The position numbers and the translations under genes are program-made. DNA of 64,000 nucleotides from Anaerolineales bacterium (lineage in GTDB: Bacteria > Chloroflexota > Anaerolineae > Anaerolineales > UBA11579). The notes below the pieces were generated by a model. The model was not told the origin of the DNA. It saw only the letters and a program-made list of their open reading frames with translations, and made no database searches. Positions 36,324 to 45,289 of the stretch are shown piece by piece (position 1 is the stretch's first letter; each line of letters starts with the position of its first letter). The DNA lies in assembly GCA_035291465.1 (NCBI GenBank), contig DATDRZ010000132.1:457-64456 (forward strand), in the 5' to 3' direction.

Positions 36324-36908
36324 ATGGATTGGATTTCCGGCATTTTTTCAGCCTTCGGCCTCTCAGCCAGCGCGGGACTGAATGCCTATATCCCATTGTT
36401 GGTCGTGGCGCTACTGGCGCGGTTCACCAAGCTCATCACGTTGGGATCTCCCTGGGACGCGCTGACCAATGAATGGATCATCATCTTGCTCGTAGTGCTA
36501 AGCATCATTGAATTTTTTGCCGATAAGGTGCCGCTGGTCAATCATGTCAACGACCTGATCCAGAGCTTTGTGCGACCGGCCGCCGGAGCCATCCTGTTCG
36601 CTGCAACCGCCCAGGTGATCACAGATATCCATCCGGCGCTGGCGCTGGCGGCTGGATTGTTGATCGCCGGTGGCGTACACGCCGCCAAAGCGGGCGCCTT
36701 GCGACCAGCGGTGACCACAACCACCGGCGGCCTGGGAAACGTGGCGGTCAGCACGCTGGAAGATGTCATCGCCACCGGCTTATCGATTCTTTCGGTAATC
36801 GTCCCTATTCTAGCGGGCCTTCTCTTGGTACCCATTATCATAATGATCCTCTGGATTGCTACGCGGCGTTCCCGACGTACAATGATGGAACGAACTCCTC
36901 CCAACTAA
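36324..36908 (+). CDS. DUF4126-family membrane protein
   Basis: The start is at MDWISGIFSAFGLSASAGLNAYIPLLVVALLARF...EFFADKVP. The longer track ORF from 36174 overlaps surE and is unlikely. Confidence 0.82.
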   Translation: MDWISGIFSAFGLSASAGLNAYIPLLVVALLARFTKLITLGSPWDALTNEWIIILLVVLSIIEFFADKVPLVNHVNDLIQSFVRPAAGAILFAATAQVITDIHPALALAAGLLIAGGVHAAKAGALRPAVTTTTGGLGNVAVSTLEDVIATGLSILSVIVPILAGLLLVPIIIMILWIATRRSRRTMMERTPPN

Positions 36909-36917
36909 GGAACGAGA

Positions 36918-37106
36918 ATGACACTAAAGAATTCGCCTGGCGGTACCTACTCCACTTCAAATGATGCCAATAGAGTATTGCGCATCTTCTTGTGGATCTT
37001 TGGCGGTATAGTTGGAATAAGCATCCTTTGCTGCGTTTGCACTCTTGTTTTCTTTTGGTTCACCGGCGACTTTTTTGTCGAATTCATTCGATCTATCTTC
37101 CCGTAG
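36918..37106 (+). CDS. Hypothetical small membrane protein (62 aa)
   Basis: It has a single hydrophobic helix (IFLWIFGGIVGISILCCVCTLVFFWF), lies 9 nt after the DUF4126 gene, and is followed by a strong hairpin. Confidence 0.4.
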   Translation: MTLKNSPGGTYSTSNDANRVLRIFLWIFGGIVGISILCCVCTLVFFWFTGDFFVEFIRSIFP

Positions 37107-37122
37107 AGCTCCAACTTTATTC

Positions 37123-37152
37123 AAATGAACTCCGCATGAGCGGAGTTCATTT
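37123..37152. terminator. Bidirectional terminator hairpin (13-bp perfect stem)
   Basis: aaatgaactccgc-atga-gcggagttcattt lies between the convergent genes ending at 37106 (+) and 37159 (-). Confidence 0.8.
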
Positions 37153-37158
37153 CGCGAG

Positions 37159-37602
37159 TTACTCTTGAAACTGGTTTTTTAATTCTCCGAGCGCATTTAA
37201 CGCGCTTTGTCTATCACCAGGCGAAATGTCAAGTGCCTCGAATTCGGGCTCGTCGAGGAGCTTCTGCTGGCCATCGGGTAGAACCAATAAATCAAGCGCA
37301 AGATCTCGAAAGGTAATGACGGTTTGGCCGAGTTCAGCAGGATAGGTCAGATTGCAATACCAACATTTAAGGCGGTCATCCTCACGGGCATGGACTTCGT
37401 AGCAGTTGTACCAACGATCCGAGTAGTACGTTTCAATGAAACGGTCGCCGGGTTCCAATGGAATCTCGCCCATAAAATGATTCTCCAGGCCAAAGTGAGC
37501 TTCAGCAACGACATAGTTCTTGGTGCGGTTAAGAACTTTCGCTCTCCAGCGAAAGACCTCGTTGCCCCGATGATTGCATTTGATGACAGTAACTTCACCC
37601 AC
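37159..37602 (-). CDS. DUF402-family protein (Ntdp/FomD-like phosphohydrolase fold)
   Basis: PGDRFIETYYSDRWYNCYEV...WYCNLTYPAE...FRDLALDLLVLPDGQQKLLDEPEF fits the DUF402 pattern. Its start overlaps the ATPase gene by 8 nt. Confidence 0.85.
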   Translation of the reverse strand: MGEVTVIKCNHRGNEVFRWRAKVLNRTKNYVVAEAHFGLENHFMGEIPLEPGDRFIETYYSDRWYNCYEVHAREDDRLKCWYCNLTYPAELGQTVITFRDLALDLLVLPDGQQKLLDEPEFEALDISPGDRQSALNALGELKNQFQE

Positions 37603-38638
37603 GCGGGAAGACCTGCAAGGCTTCTTTTGGGTCGAAGCTGATCGCTATCTGTTTACCGATTGCGGGCAACTCAACGTCTGAGGGCAAATCCAAAACCAGA
37701 CGGGTCTTTTTTACTTCTATCCTTGCCTGCAACTGTCTGCCGCGAAAGCGCTTTTTGATCAGCCTTGCCTTGAGCTGGATCGAACCTCTTTTATCCAAGT
37801 GGATGGCATCAGGGCGCAACAAAATCACAAGCTCGCCGTTCGCAATTCTGTTCGGCGCCGGGAGGTTTCCAATTGGTGTTTTCAGCCAAACCTGGCGTCC
37901 GGAGCGAACAGCGGTGGCGGGCATCAGATTCTCCAATCCCAGAAAACGAGCGACGAACTCCGAAGTGGGGTGCCGGTAAAGAAATTCAGGCGCGGCTACC
38001 TGCTCCACATGGCCCGCCCTCAGGAGCACGATACGGTTGGCGATGGCGTAAGCCTCTTCCTGGTCGTGGGTGACATAGAGAGTGGTTTGCCCGGCCTTGC
38101 GCAGGATTGTGGAAAGATCATCCAGCAAGCGCGTGCGCAGCGCCCGATCAAGGGAGCCAAGCGGTTCATCGAGCATCGACAAGCGCGGTTGCGGCGCCAG
38201 GGCGCGGGCCAGGGCAACGCGCTGCTGTTCCCCGCCGGAAAGACTGCTTACCTCGCGATGCTCGAATTCGTTGGACAAACCTACTAGTGAAAGGACTTCG
38301 CGAACACGTTTGGTAATCCTGACAGAGCTTTGACGCGCCATCTGCAATCCGAAAGCAATATTACCGAAAACGTCACGGTGTGGGAACAGCGCATAATCCT
38401 GAAACATCAATCCAAAGCCGCGGCGATGCACTGGCAGACTGGATATATCCTTTTCATTCCACAGCACCTGGCCGCGTTCCGGCACCGCCAGCCCCGCGAC
38501 AATATTGAGCAGCGTGGACTTGCCGCTGCCGCTGGGGCCAAGCAAGACTGTGATCTCTCCAGTCTTTGCTCGAAACGAAACATCGCTTAATGCGCGCTGA
38601 CCATCAAATGACTTAGTCACGTGGCGTAATTCAAGCAT
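37595..38638 (-). CDS. thiQ: ABC importer ATP-binding protein (thiamine/iron(III) type)
   Basis: It has Walker A GPSGSGKSTLLN, signature LSGGEQQRVALARAL and Walker B LSMLDEPL. The thiamine role is assigned from the riboswitch context. Confidence 0.9.
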   Translation of the reverse strand: MLELRHVTKSFDGQRALSDVSFRAKTGEITVLLGPSGSGKSTLLNIVAGLAVPERGQVLWNEKDISSLPVHRRGFGLMFQDYALFPHRDVFGNIAFGLQMARQSSVRITKRVREVLSLVGLSNEFEHREVSSLSGGEQQRVALARALAPQPRLSMLDEPLGSLDRALRTRLLDDLSTILRKAGQTTLYVTHDQEEAYAIANRIVLLRAGHVEQVAAPEFLYRHPTSEFVARFLGLENLMPATAVRSGRQVWLKTPIGNLPAPNRIANGELVILLRPDAIHLDKRGSIQLKARLIKKRFRGRQLQARIEVKKTRLVLDLPSDVELPAIGKQIAISFDPKEALQVFPRG

Positions 38639-40390
38639 CTAAAATTCCCCGATCTCCGCCACACGCAGTTTTTCCATGGCCAACATGCCACCGCCGGTTA
38701 CCAGCATCAAGATGGTGCTGAGCGCCAGGGCCTGCCCATAGGTCAGCGCGCCCGGCTGCGAGAGCAAACGATAGATCAACACCGGAATGGTGGGGTATTC
38801 CGGGCGAGCGATCATTGCCGTAGCGCCGAATTCGCCGATAGAAATGGCGAAGGCAAACAATGCCGAAACGATAAGCGCCCTGCCAACCAGCGGAACGTCG
38901 ATGTGACGCAAAACCTGAGCTGGCCCCGCGCCAAGTACCGCGGCAGCCTGATGCAAACGCGGCCGGATGCTGCGCAGGGCCGGCGCCAGACTGCGCACGA
39001 CGAAGGGTAGGGCAACCAAGGTGTGGGCGAGCGGAATCAGGATCGGCGAAGCGCGCAAATCCAATGGTGGACTATTGAGCGCTACAATGAAACCTAGACC
39101 CAGTGTGACCGCGGAAGTTCCCAGCGGAAGCATAAGCAATGGGTCGAGCAGGCGGCTTAGCAGCGCGTAGCTGCGCCGCGCCAGCGCCCAGGAGGCTGGC
39201 AACCCTATAGCGAGCGCCAGGAAAACCGTTGACCCGGCGTAAATGAGGGATGTGCGGATAGCTTCTGTTGGCGTGGCGAAGAAAATATTGCCGCGCTGGT
39301 CTTGACCCAGGGCAGCGTAGTAGTCGAACGTAATACCGGGCTTTCCAGACCCGGTCTGGCCGCGCTCACCTTCGAGTCGTGTTATCGAGCGGGTGGCCAG
39401 GCCAGCCAGCGGCGCGGCGAAGAATAGCGCAAGCGCCGCTAGAAAAGCCATTACTGCCACACGCTTGCCGAAGGAGGAAAAAGGACGGACGATTGCGCGC
39501 GGGGCGCGCAATTCAACTGGGCGAGACAGGCGGCCGATGAGGCCAGTATAGATTAGGGTGAGCGCTAAGGTGCATATCAATTGAATCAGCGCCAGGGCAG
39601 CTGCAGTTGGCAGATCAAACAAGGCAGCGGTCTGGTAATAAATTTCAGTTTCGAGTGTGGCAAAGCGCGGGCCGCCCAAGATCAGGATCACGCCGAAGGA
39701 TGTGAAATCGAAGATGTAGACCAGCAAGGCAGCAGCAGCCAGCGCCGGAGAGATCAGCGGCAGGGTGATATGGCGAAAGGTTTGCCATGAATTTGCGCCC
39801 AAATTGCGTGCTGCCTGTTCGATGCGTGGACTCAGCCGGCCCCAGAAATCGCCGACCAAGCGCAGCACGATCGTGGTGTTGTAGAAGATATGAGCGACCA
39901 GGATCGCGGTGAACGTGTTGACGAAATGAATCGGAACTGAATCGAGATTGAGGAGTCGCATAAGGCCGAGGTTCAACCAGCCACGCGGTCCTAATAGTGC
40001 ATCAAATGCCGCAGCGACCACCAAGGTTGGCAGAACAAATGGAACACCACTAAGCGCTCGCAGGAAACTTTTTCCAGGGAAGCGATAGCGGGCAAGCAAA
40101 TAGGCTGCCGGGAGGCCGACGGCAAGAGTGAGAATCGTGGAAAGCGACGCCTGCCAGAATGTGAAGCCAACGATGCTGCGTAAGAAAACGCTGGCGAAAA
40201 CCTCAACAAATGGTTTCAGGAAACCCTCACTCTCGAAACTAAGAGCGAGGATGCTGCCCAGCGGATAAAAGTAAAATAGGCCCAGGAAAACGAGGGGAAT
40301 CAGCGACAGCAAAGCAAAAAGAAACTTGTTGCGCAAGATCAGTTGAAGATCCAGCGAGTGGCGCTCTCTGGAAAATCTTTCTCCCGCCAA
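38639..40390 (-). CDS. thiP: ABC importer permease, duplicated 2 x 6 TM (ThiP/FbpB type)
   Basis: The 583-aa protein has two MetI-like permease halves. The start is uncertain: the TTG at 40390 overlaps the upstream gene by 52 nt, and alternative CTG/TTG codons lie near 40333-40341. Confidence 0.88.
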   Translation of the reverse strand: MAGERFSRERHSLDLQLILRNKFLFALLSLIPLVFLGLFYFYPLGSILALSFESEGFLKPFVEVFASVFLRSIVGFTFWQASLSTILTLAVGLPAAYLLARYRFPGKSFLRALSGVPFVLPTLVVAAAFDALLGPRGWLNLGLMRLLNLDSVPIHFVNTFTAILVAHIFYNTTIVLRLVGDFWGRLSPRIEQAARNLGANSWQTFRHITLPLISPALAAAALLVYIFDFTSFGVILILGGPRFATLETEIYYQTAALFDLPTAAALALIQLICTLALTLIYTGLIGRLSRPVELRAPRAIVRPFSSFGKRVAVMAFLAALALFFAAPLAGLATRSITRLEGERGQTGSGKPGITFDYYAALGQDQRGNIFFATPTEAIRTSLIYAGSTVFLALAIGLPASWALARRSYALLSRLLDPLLMLPLGTSAVTLGLGFIVALNSPPLDLRASPILIPLAHTLVALPFVVRSLAPALRSIRPRLHQAAAVLGAGPAQVLRHIDVPLVGRALIVSALFAFAISIGEFGATAMIARPEYPTIPVLIYRLLSQPGALTYGQALALSTILMLVTGGGMLAMEKLRVAEIGEF

Positions 40391-40815
40391 GCAAGCGCTT
40401 TTTGCAGTCCCAAAGTCAAAATGATTCCTGGGCCCTGCATCGCCATTCCATATTTCTTTATATAGGCCTTGTCGAGGGATTCCAGCAATTCGCTGTTGCT
40501 AACCGCTGTTGCCTCGCCTTCAAGGATTACCACCTCATCTCCGCTCTCCAGATGCACCGACACGGCTGGGCTTGCTTCTAGATTACGGCCTTTGCGCGAG
40601 GCTTCACCAGTGCTGAAGTAGAACTTTCCATCGTGCCACAGACCCCACACCGGGGCCGCATGCGGACGGCCATTGGGTTGCGCGCTCGCAATCCAGTAAT
40701 TGCGGGAGGCAACCATACGTTCTTCAACAAGGGACCAAGGCAACAAACCGACCCCTTTGCTCTCGGCGACGATGCCATAACCGGGCATATAAGGGCGGCT
40801 ATGTTTAGCGGTCAT
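40339..40815 (-). CDS. Pyridoxamine 5'-phosphate oxidase-like split-barrel flavoprotein family
   Basis: SRNYWIASAQPNGRPHAAPVWGLWHDGKFYFSTG...VSVHLESGDEVVILEG is typical of the PNPOx-like family. It starts 3 nt after the binding-protein gene. Confidence 0.82.
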   Translation of the reverse strand: MTAKHSRPYMPGYGIVAESKGVGLLPWSLVEERMVASRNYWIASAQPNGRPHAAPVWGLWHDGKFYFSTGEASRKGRNLEASPAVSVHLESGDEVVILEGEATAVSNSELLESLDKAYIKKYGMAMQGPGIILTLGLQKALAWREKDFPESATRWIFN

Positions 40816-40818
40816 GAA

Positions 40819-41865
40819 TTACCTTAGCACGACTTCAGTCCAGGCTTCGATCCATTCCTCGCGATGAGTCGCGATGTCTTCCGGGCTAACGAAGGCAGTC
40901 TGTTCAGGTTCGACGAGGAAGTTCACGAATTCTGGCTGTAAATGTGCATCTGGATTTACCGGAAAGACGAACATTTGCAATGGGAGGTCTTCCTGGAAGA
41001 TCTTGGAGAGCATGAAGTCTACCCAGGCCTCAGCCAGATCGCGATTCTTCGTGCCTTTCAAAACACCCACGAACTCTATCTGGCGGAAGCAGGAGCCATC
41101 CGAGACCACCGCCGCGGTAACCGGCGTGTCCATTGGTTCCTCGGCAAAGATTAGATCCACTGGCGGGCTGGAGGCGTAGGAGACCACAATGGGCCGCTCG
41201 CCGCCCCAGCGGCTGAACTCGGTATAGAAGGCAGTCTCCCAATCACTGACTACTTTCACATCATTGGCAACCAAGCCCTGCCAAAATTCCAAGTAACCGT
41301 CCTCACCAAAGTGGCCAATTGTTGCAAACAAGAACGCCAAGCCGGGCGAGGAGGTGGCCGGATTCTCCACGACCAGCAGGCTGGTGTATTCGGGTTTTAG
41401 CAAATCTTCCAAGTTTGCAGGTGGCGCCAAATTGTTCTCTTGGAAATAAATGATATCGTAGTTCAAGCAGACATCGCCGTAGTCCACAGGAAGGGCACGG
41501 TGTTCGGGATCGAGCTCAAACTCTTCTGGGATATCGCCCAACAGCGGAGACACATAGGCTTCGAATATGCCGCCATCCAGTGCACGGCTAAGGAATGTGT
41601 TGTCCACGCCATAGAAAACATCGGCCAGCGGCGCGTCGGCGGCGAGCACGGCCTTGTTGGTAGCTTCACCAGCATCTCCGAGCTTAAGGAACTCGACCTG
41701 AGCATTGTTTTCCGCTTCAAAAGCCGTTACCACATCTTCAGAAACGGCGAAGGAATCATGGGTCATCACGGTAAGCCTACGCGGCCCCCCCGGGGTTGCC
41801 GGTGCACAGGCAGCCAAGAAGGCTAAAAGAGCCCCTAAGTGAATAAACTTCAACGAATTTTTCAT
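40819..41865 (-). CDS. ABC importer substrate-binding lipoprotein (thiamine-binding TbpA/ThiB-like by context)
   Basis: It has the lipobox LAFLAACAP and the size and pattern of a class II iron/thiamine SBP. It sits in a riboswitch-controlled operon. Confidence 0.85.
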   Translation of the reverse strand: MKNSLKFIHLGALLAFLAACAPATPGGPRRLTVMTHDSFAVSEDVVTAFEAENNAQVEFLKLGDAGEATNKAVLAADAPLADVFYGVDNTFLSRALDGGIFEAYVSPLLGDIPEEFELDPEHRALPVDYGDVCLNYDIIYFQENNLAPPANLEDLLKPEYTSLLVVENPATSSPGLAFLFATIGHFGEDGYLEFWQGLVANDVKVVSDWETAFYTEFSRWGGERPIVVSYASSPPVDLIFAEEPMDTPVTAAVVSDGSCFRQIEFVGVLKGTKNRDLAEAWVDFMLSKIFQEDLPLQMFVFPVNPDAHLQPEFVNFLVEPEQTAFVSPEDIATHREEWIEAWTEVVLR

Positions 41866-41874
41866 GCCAACCTC

Positions 41875-42516
41875 TTATTTATTTGAAGATGTAATAACGC
41901 AGAGCAGAATTCCATTCTTTACTTCGACACGAGGGTTTTCTACCAGGACAACGTTACTAACGCCACGACTGCTACCGAAGACCAGAGTGTCATTCTTTAG
42001 TACATATTTCAGTCCCTGGGTAGTGACGCCTTCGGCGTCTCCGCCCAGCGGTAAAAGGGAGACCAGTTCGCCTACACCAGCCCGCAAACGGTACTCGCTC
42101 TTGATGATCAGAAGGCGTTGCGGTCCATGTATAAAAACAATCTCGCGCCCATCGAATTGAGGATGAACGGCCAACAGCAGATTTGCAATGCTGTGGTCCC
42201 AACGGCGACCGAAGGCGCCGAGCACTGTAATCTTCTTAGCCCCTTTTTCTTTTGCATGCAACAGAGCTAATTCCAGGTCGGTTTGGTCCTTCTCCACTGG
42301 ATAGGAGATGATTCGCGCGCCCTTCGCCTCCCAGGTAGTTCGAGCGGTCATATCCAGTGAATCCAAATCGCCGATAATTACATCCGGGCGCACGCCAATA
42401 GCCCAGGCGTACTGCGCGCCACCATCTGCAGCTATAACGAGGTCGGCAGTCACCAAATGCGTGCCGAGGTCGAGCGATGGTGCAAAATCTCCATTGGCAA
42501 GGATGATGGCGTGCAA
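41875..42516 (-). CDS. thiN: Thiamine pyrophosphokinase, TTG start
   Basis: ILANGDF...VIAADGGA...IIGDLDSL...KDQTDLELAL...GAFGRRWDH are the TPK catalytic motifs. A C-terminal thiamine-binding domain is also present. Confidence 0.9.
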   Translation of the reverse strand: MHAIILANGDFAPSLDLGTHLVTADLVIAADGGAQYAWAIGVRPDVIIGDLDSLDMTARTTWEAKGARIISYPVEKDQTDLELALLHAKEKGAKKITVLGAFGRRWDHSIANLLLAVHPQFDGREIVFIHGPQRLLIIKSEYRLRAGVGELVSLLPLGGDAEGVTTQGLKYVLKNDTLVFGSSRGVSNVVLVENPRVEVKNGILLCVITSSNK

Positions 42517-42540
42517 AAAACCTCCGGCGGGCGCCGGAGG
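42514..42540 (-). terminator. Expression-platform hairpin of the TPP riboswitch (terminator plus SD sequestor)
   Basis: On the minus strand, cctccggcg-cc-cgccggagg is followed by tttttt. The GGAGG lies in the 3' arm, and the U-tract runs into the TTG start codon of thiN. Confidence 0.75.
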
Positions 42541-42554
42541 TTGGGGAAACGTAT

Positions 42555-42650
42555 GAGCATTCCTCCGCCGGCATTACCCGGATCAGGTGTGCGGGTCGCA
42601 GACTCCAGCCTGCTTCTCAGCTCGAAACGAGCTCCCCGAGCGAATAGCAA
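42555..42650 (-). promoter_or_regulatory. TPP (THI-box) riboswitch aptamer
   Basis: The minus strand reads ...cggggagctcgtttcgagCTGAGAagcaggctggagtctgcgACCCgcacACCTGATCCGGGTAATGCCGGCGgAGGAAtgc. This matches the conserved CUGAGA...ACCUGAUCnGGnUAAUnCCnGCG.AGGGA core. Confidence 0.88.
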
Positions 42651-42660
42651 CTATCAATTG

Positions 42661-42689
42661 AGTATAAATCGCGTGATTGCTAACGTCAA
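42661..42689 (-). promoter_or_regulatory. Sigma-70-type promoter candidate for the thiamine operon
   Basis: On the minus strand, TTGACG is followed by a 17-nt spacer and then TATACT, ending about 10 nt before the riboswitch. The -35 box overlaps the nth stop codon. Confidence 0.6.
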
Positions 42690-43369
42690 GATGACTTGAT
42701 CGAAGGCTTGAACACCTTATTGTAATAATCGCACAAGTCCTTCAGCGGACATTCAAGACAACGAGGCTTGCGTGCCGCGCAAATTTCGCGTCCCAGACGA
42801 ATGATATTCAGGTGAGCGGCGTAATAGCTATCGGGCGAGAACAGCTTTTCAAAATACGCATGCGCTTTCTCAACGTTCATCTTGGCCGGGCGCAGACCGA
42901 GGCGGCCCGTGACGCGGTAGATATGAGTGTCCACGGGAAAGGCTGGTTTGCCCAAGGAGAACTGCAATACGATCGCTGCCGTTTTGGGGCCAACGCCTTT
43001 GAGCCGGGTCAACCAAGCTCTTGCCTCCTCGGCGGGAAGAACTCGCAGGAACTCGAGCGACAGCTCACCACGTTCTTTTGTGATCGAACGCAGCGCAGCC
43101 TTGATCCGCGGCGCTTTCTGATTGGCCAGTCCCGCAATACGGATCGCTGCCTTCACTTGCCTAACCGGCGCGTCGCGCACCGCCTCCCAGGTGGGAAAGC
43201 GCGCCTTGAGCGCATTGAAGGCGACGTCTCGGTTTAAATCACTGGTATTCTGCGAAAGGATTGTGGATACCAGTTCATCCAAAGGCGGCAGAGGGTTGCG
43301 CCACCTGGGATGGCCATAGAAAACTAGCAAGCGTTGATGCACTGCCCTGGCGCGCCGCGTTAGTTTCAC
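42686..43369 (-). CDS. nth: Endonuclease III-like HhH-GPD DNA glycosylase with a 4Fe-4S cluster loop
   Basis: It has the HhH element LKGVGPKTAAIVL, then FPVDTHIYRV, and the C-terminal cluster loop CAARKPRCLECPLKDLC. Confidence 0.88.
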   Translation of the reverse strand: MKLTRRARAVHQRLLVFYGHPRWRNPLPPLDELVSTILSQNTSDLNRDVAFNALKARFPTWEAVRDAPVRQVKAAIRIAGLANQKAPRIKAALRSITKERGELSLEFLRVLPAEEARAWLTRLKGVGPKTAAIVLQFSLGKPAFPVDTHIYRVTGRLGLRPAKMNVEKAHAYFEKLFSPDSYYAAHLNIIRLGREICAARKPRCLECPLKDLCDYYNKVFKPSIKSS

Positions 43370-44418
43370 GATCCGGGCTCTAAATTGAAAATCGGTTCGC
43401 CCTTTCCAACCTCAAGCCCGCGCCAATTGGTCAGCGTGCGTTCCGGCCCGAAGTCTTCGAGTTGGCTTAGTTGCATCTGAGACAGGGCACCGAGTTGGCG
43501 CAGGACTTCCAGCGTTAGTGCATGGCAGACCCAGCCGCGGGCATCTCCGTCGGCGATCTTGAGGGCAATCCCTACGGCAGGCGAGTCTTTGCCCAACGCA
43601 CCTGCCCGCAAACCAAGGCCCTGATAGCCCTCGGCACCCCCTTTGGAAAGGATCAGGCCAGCGGCCATTTGCATCAATGCCGTATCGAAGCGTCCAGGTC
43701 CTCCGACCACTTCGGGGTTTGCCAGCATCGCATTACGCACTTTCTCGACTGCTGCAAGCGTAGCAGCAGAGAGCCCGGTTGGATCCATCAGGCGGGCATA
43801 AGCCAGCGCCGTGTTATATAGCGGCGCGGCCCAATTTGGCGCTGAGCAACCATCGACCCCAGGTGTCAGCTTACTGACTGGAAGGCCGGCTATTTCGGAG
43901 AAAAAGCGAAATATCTCCTCTTGCAGCGGATGTTGAGGGTCAATGTAATTCTCCAGCGACCAGCCTCGCAACTTGGCGAAAGCCAACATGCCGCTGTGTT
44001 TACCGGAACAATTATGACGATTGGGGGTGAGCGCAATCCCACTATTTTTCAGGCGATCCGCGGTTGGATTGTGCATCGGCGGATGCACGCCGCAAAGTAG
44101 CTGGTCTTCGCGCAGACCTGCTTTCTTTTGGATTGAAGCAGCCACCTGAACATGCTCATCAGTGCCGGAATGAGACGCGCACATCAACGCCAGTTCGCGG
44201 TCAGTAAAACCGTAGTGTTCCATGCCGCCAGCCATTACCAGTGCCAAGACCTGAAATGGCTTGGCGGTCGAGCGCAGGAAAGTCCGAAACTGCGCGTCGC
44301 CATACGCAGCCAGCAGTGTGCCGGAGGCTGCAACTACCGCGATGGCACCGTGATGTAAAGACTCTGGATGGCCGCCTCGACTCAGTGAATAGACAGGCCG
44401 ATAGGCCAAGCTGGACAT
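43366..44418 (-). CDS. Asparaginase II family protein (Rhizobium-type L-asparaginase)
   Basis: ESLHHGAIAVV...FLRSTAKPFQVLAL...MCASHSGTDEHV...CSGKHSGMLA fits the Asparaginase_II family pattern. Confidence 0.85.
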   Translation of the reverse strand: MSSLAYRPVYSLSRGGHPESLHHGAIAVVAASGTLLAAYGDAQFRTFLRSTAKPFQVLALVMAGGMEHYGFTDRELALMCASHSGTDEHVQVAASIQKKAGLREDQLLCGVHPPMHNPTADRLKNSGIALTPNRHNCSGKHSGMLAFAKLRGWSLENYIDPQHPLQEEIFRFFSEIAGLPVSKLTPGVDGCSAPNWAAPLYNTALAYARLMDPTGLSAATLAAVEKVRNAMLANPEVVGGPGRFDTALMQMAAGLILSKGGAEGYQGLGLRAGALGKDSPAVGIALKIADGDARGWVCHALTLEVLRQLGALSQMQLSQLEDFGPERTLTNWRGLEVGKGEPIFNLEPGS

Positions 44419-44431
44419 GTTTTTTTTTGGA

Positions 44432-45289
44432 TTAGCTGTTATTGCGAGATTTGCCGGGCTGATAACGGCGGCTAAAATAATTGTGCATACCGTATTTGAG
44501 GCGCTGCACGTAAAGCGGCCTGCGTTTAGCTGGACCCTTGAATTTTTCCGCCAATTTCACGGCCAGTTTATCAATCTCCGTCGCCGCAGATTTCCTTTTC
44601 GCCAAGGCGCGCAATTTTTCTTCCACCGCCTTTAGCAACTTGCGCAGGTCTGCTATATCTTTACTTGTCGTTTTCCCGCCGCGACCGGCAATTATCGTAT
44701 AACCTCTGAAGGCACGCGAACCCAATAAATCCAATTGCTTAAGCCAGGCGGGAATATCGGCCTGCGCGAGGAATGGCGGCTCGCCGATGACCAGCGCGTC
44801 GCCGACAAAGACCACTTTGTCCGCCGGAGAGATCAGCCAGCAAGCTCCGCTACCTGGTCCGGGGTGCAGTTCCAAACGCAGCTCGCGGTCGTCGAAGTGC
44901 AGCAAGGTGTAATCGGTGAACGTGACACGCGGCAGAACCCAGCGCAGCCCACTGAGTCCAGGTGTCTCTTCCCATTCGGCGCCGCTCTCCTGTTTGAGCG
45001 CCTTGAAAATCGCTGCTCGGCGGCGGAACTGTCGCCCGGTTTCGCGATGCGCCAGCACCTGCGCGTCTAGGGTCTGCGTGCCCAGGGTACGGTCAGGGTG
45101 CGAGTCGAGATTGATAGCCAGACGCCGCGGCTTGGCGCCGGCCTTGCTTAGATCGGAGAGCCAGGCGCGGCTCTCATCGGGCTTAAGCGGCGCATCGACC
45201 AACAGGGTATCGTTCGAAAAGAGCAAAGCTCCTACCGTTGCGCCCGTGTAACTGGTTTCATAATGGATGTGATTCTTTAGCTTCTTCAT
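44432..45289 (-). CDS. MBL-fold (metallo-beta-lactamase-like) protein with a degenerate metal motif and a basic C-terminal tail
   Basis: LLVDAPLKP...LAINLDSHPDRTLG occupies the position of the HxHxDH motif. An ATGA overlap links it to the upstream histidine kinase gene. Confidence 0.65.
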   Translation of the reverse strand: MKKLKNHIHYETSYTGATVGALLFSNDTLLVDAPLKPDESRAWLSDLSKAGAKPRRLAINLDSHPDRTLGTQTLDAQVLAHRETGRQFRRRAAIFKALKQESGAEWEETPGLSGLRWVLPRVTFTDYTLLHFDDRELRLELHPGPGSGACWLISPADKVVFVGDALVIGEPPFLAQADIPAWLKQLDLLGSRAFRGYTIIAGRGGKTTSKDIADLRKLLKAVEEKLRALAKRKSAATEIDKLAVKLAEKFKGPAKRRPLYVQRLKYGMHNYFSRRYQPGKSRNNS

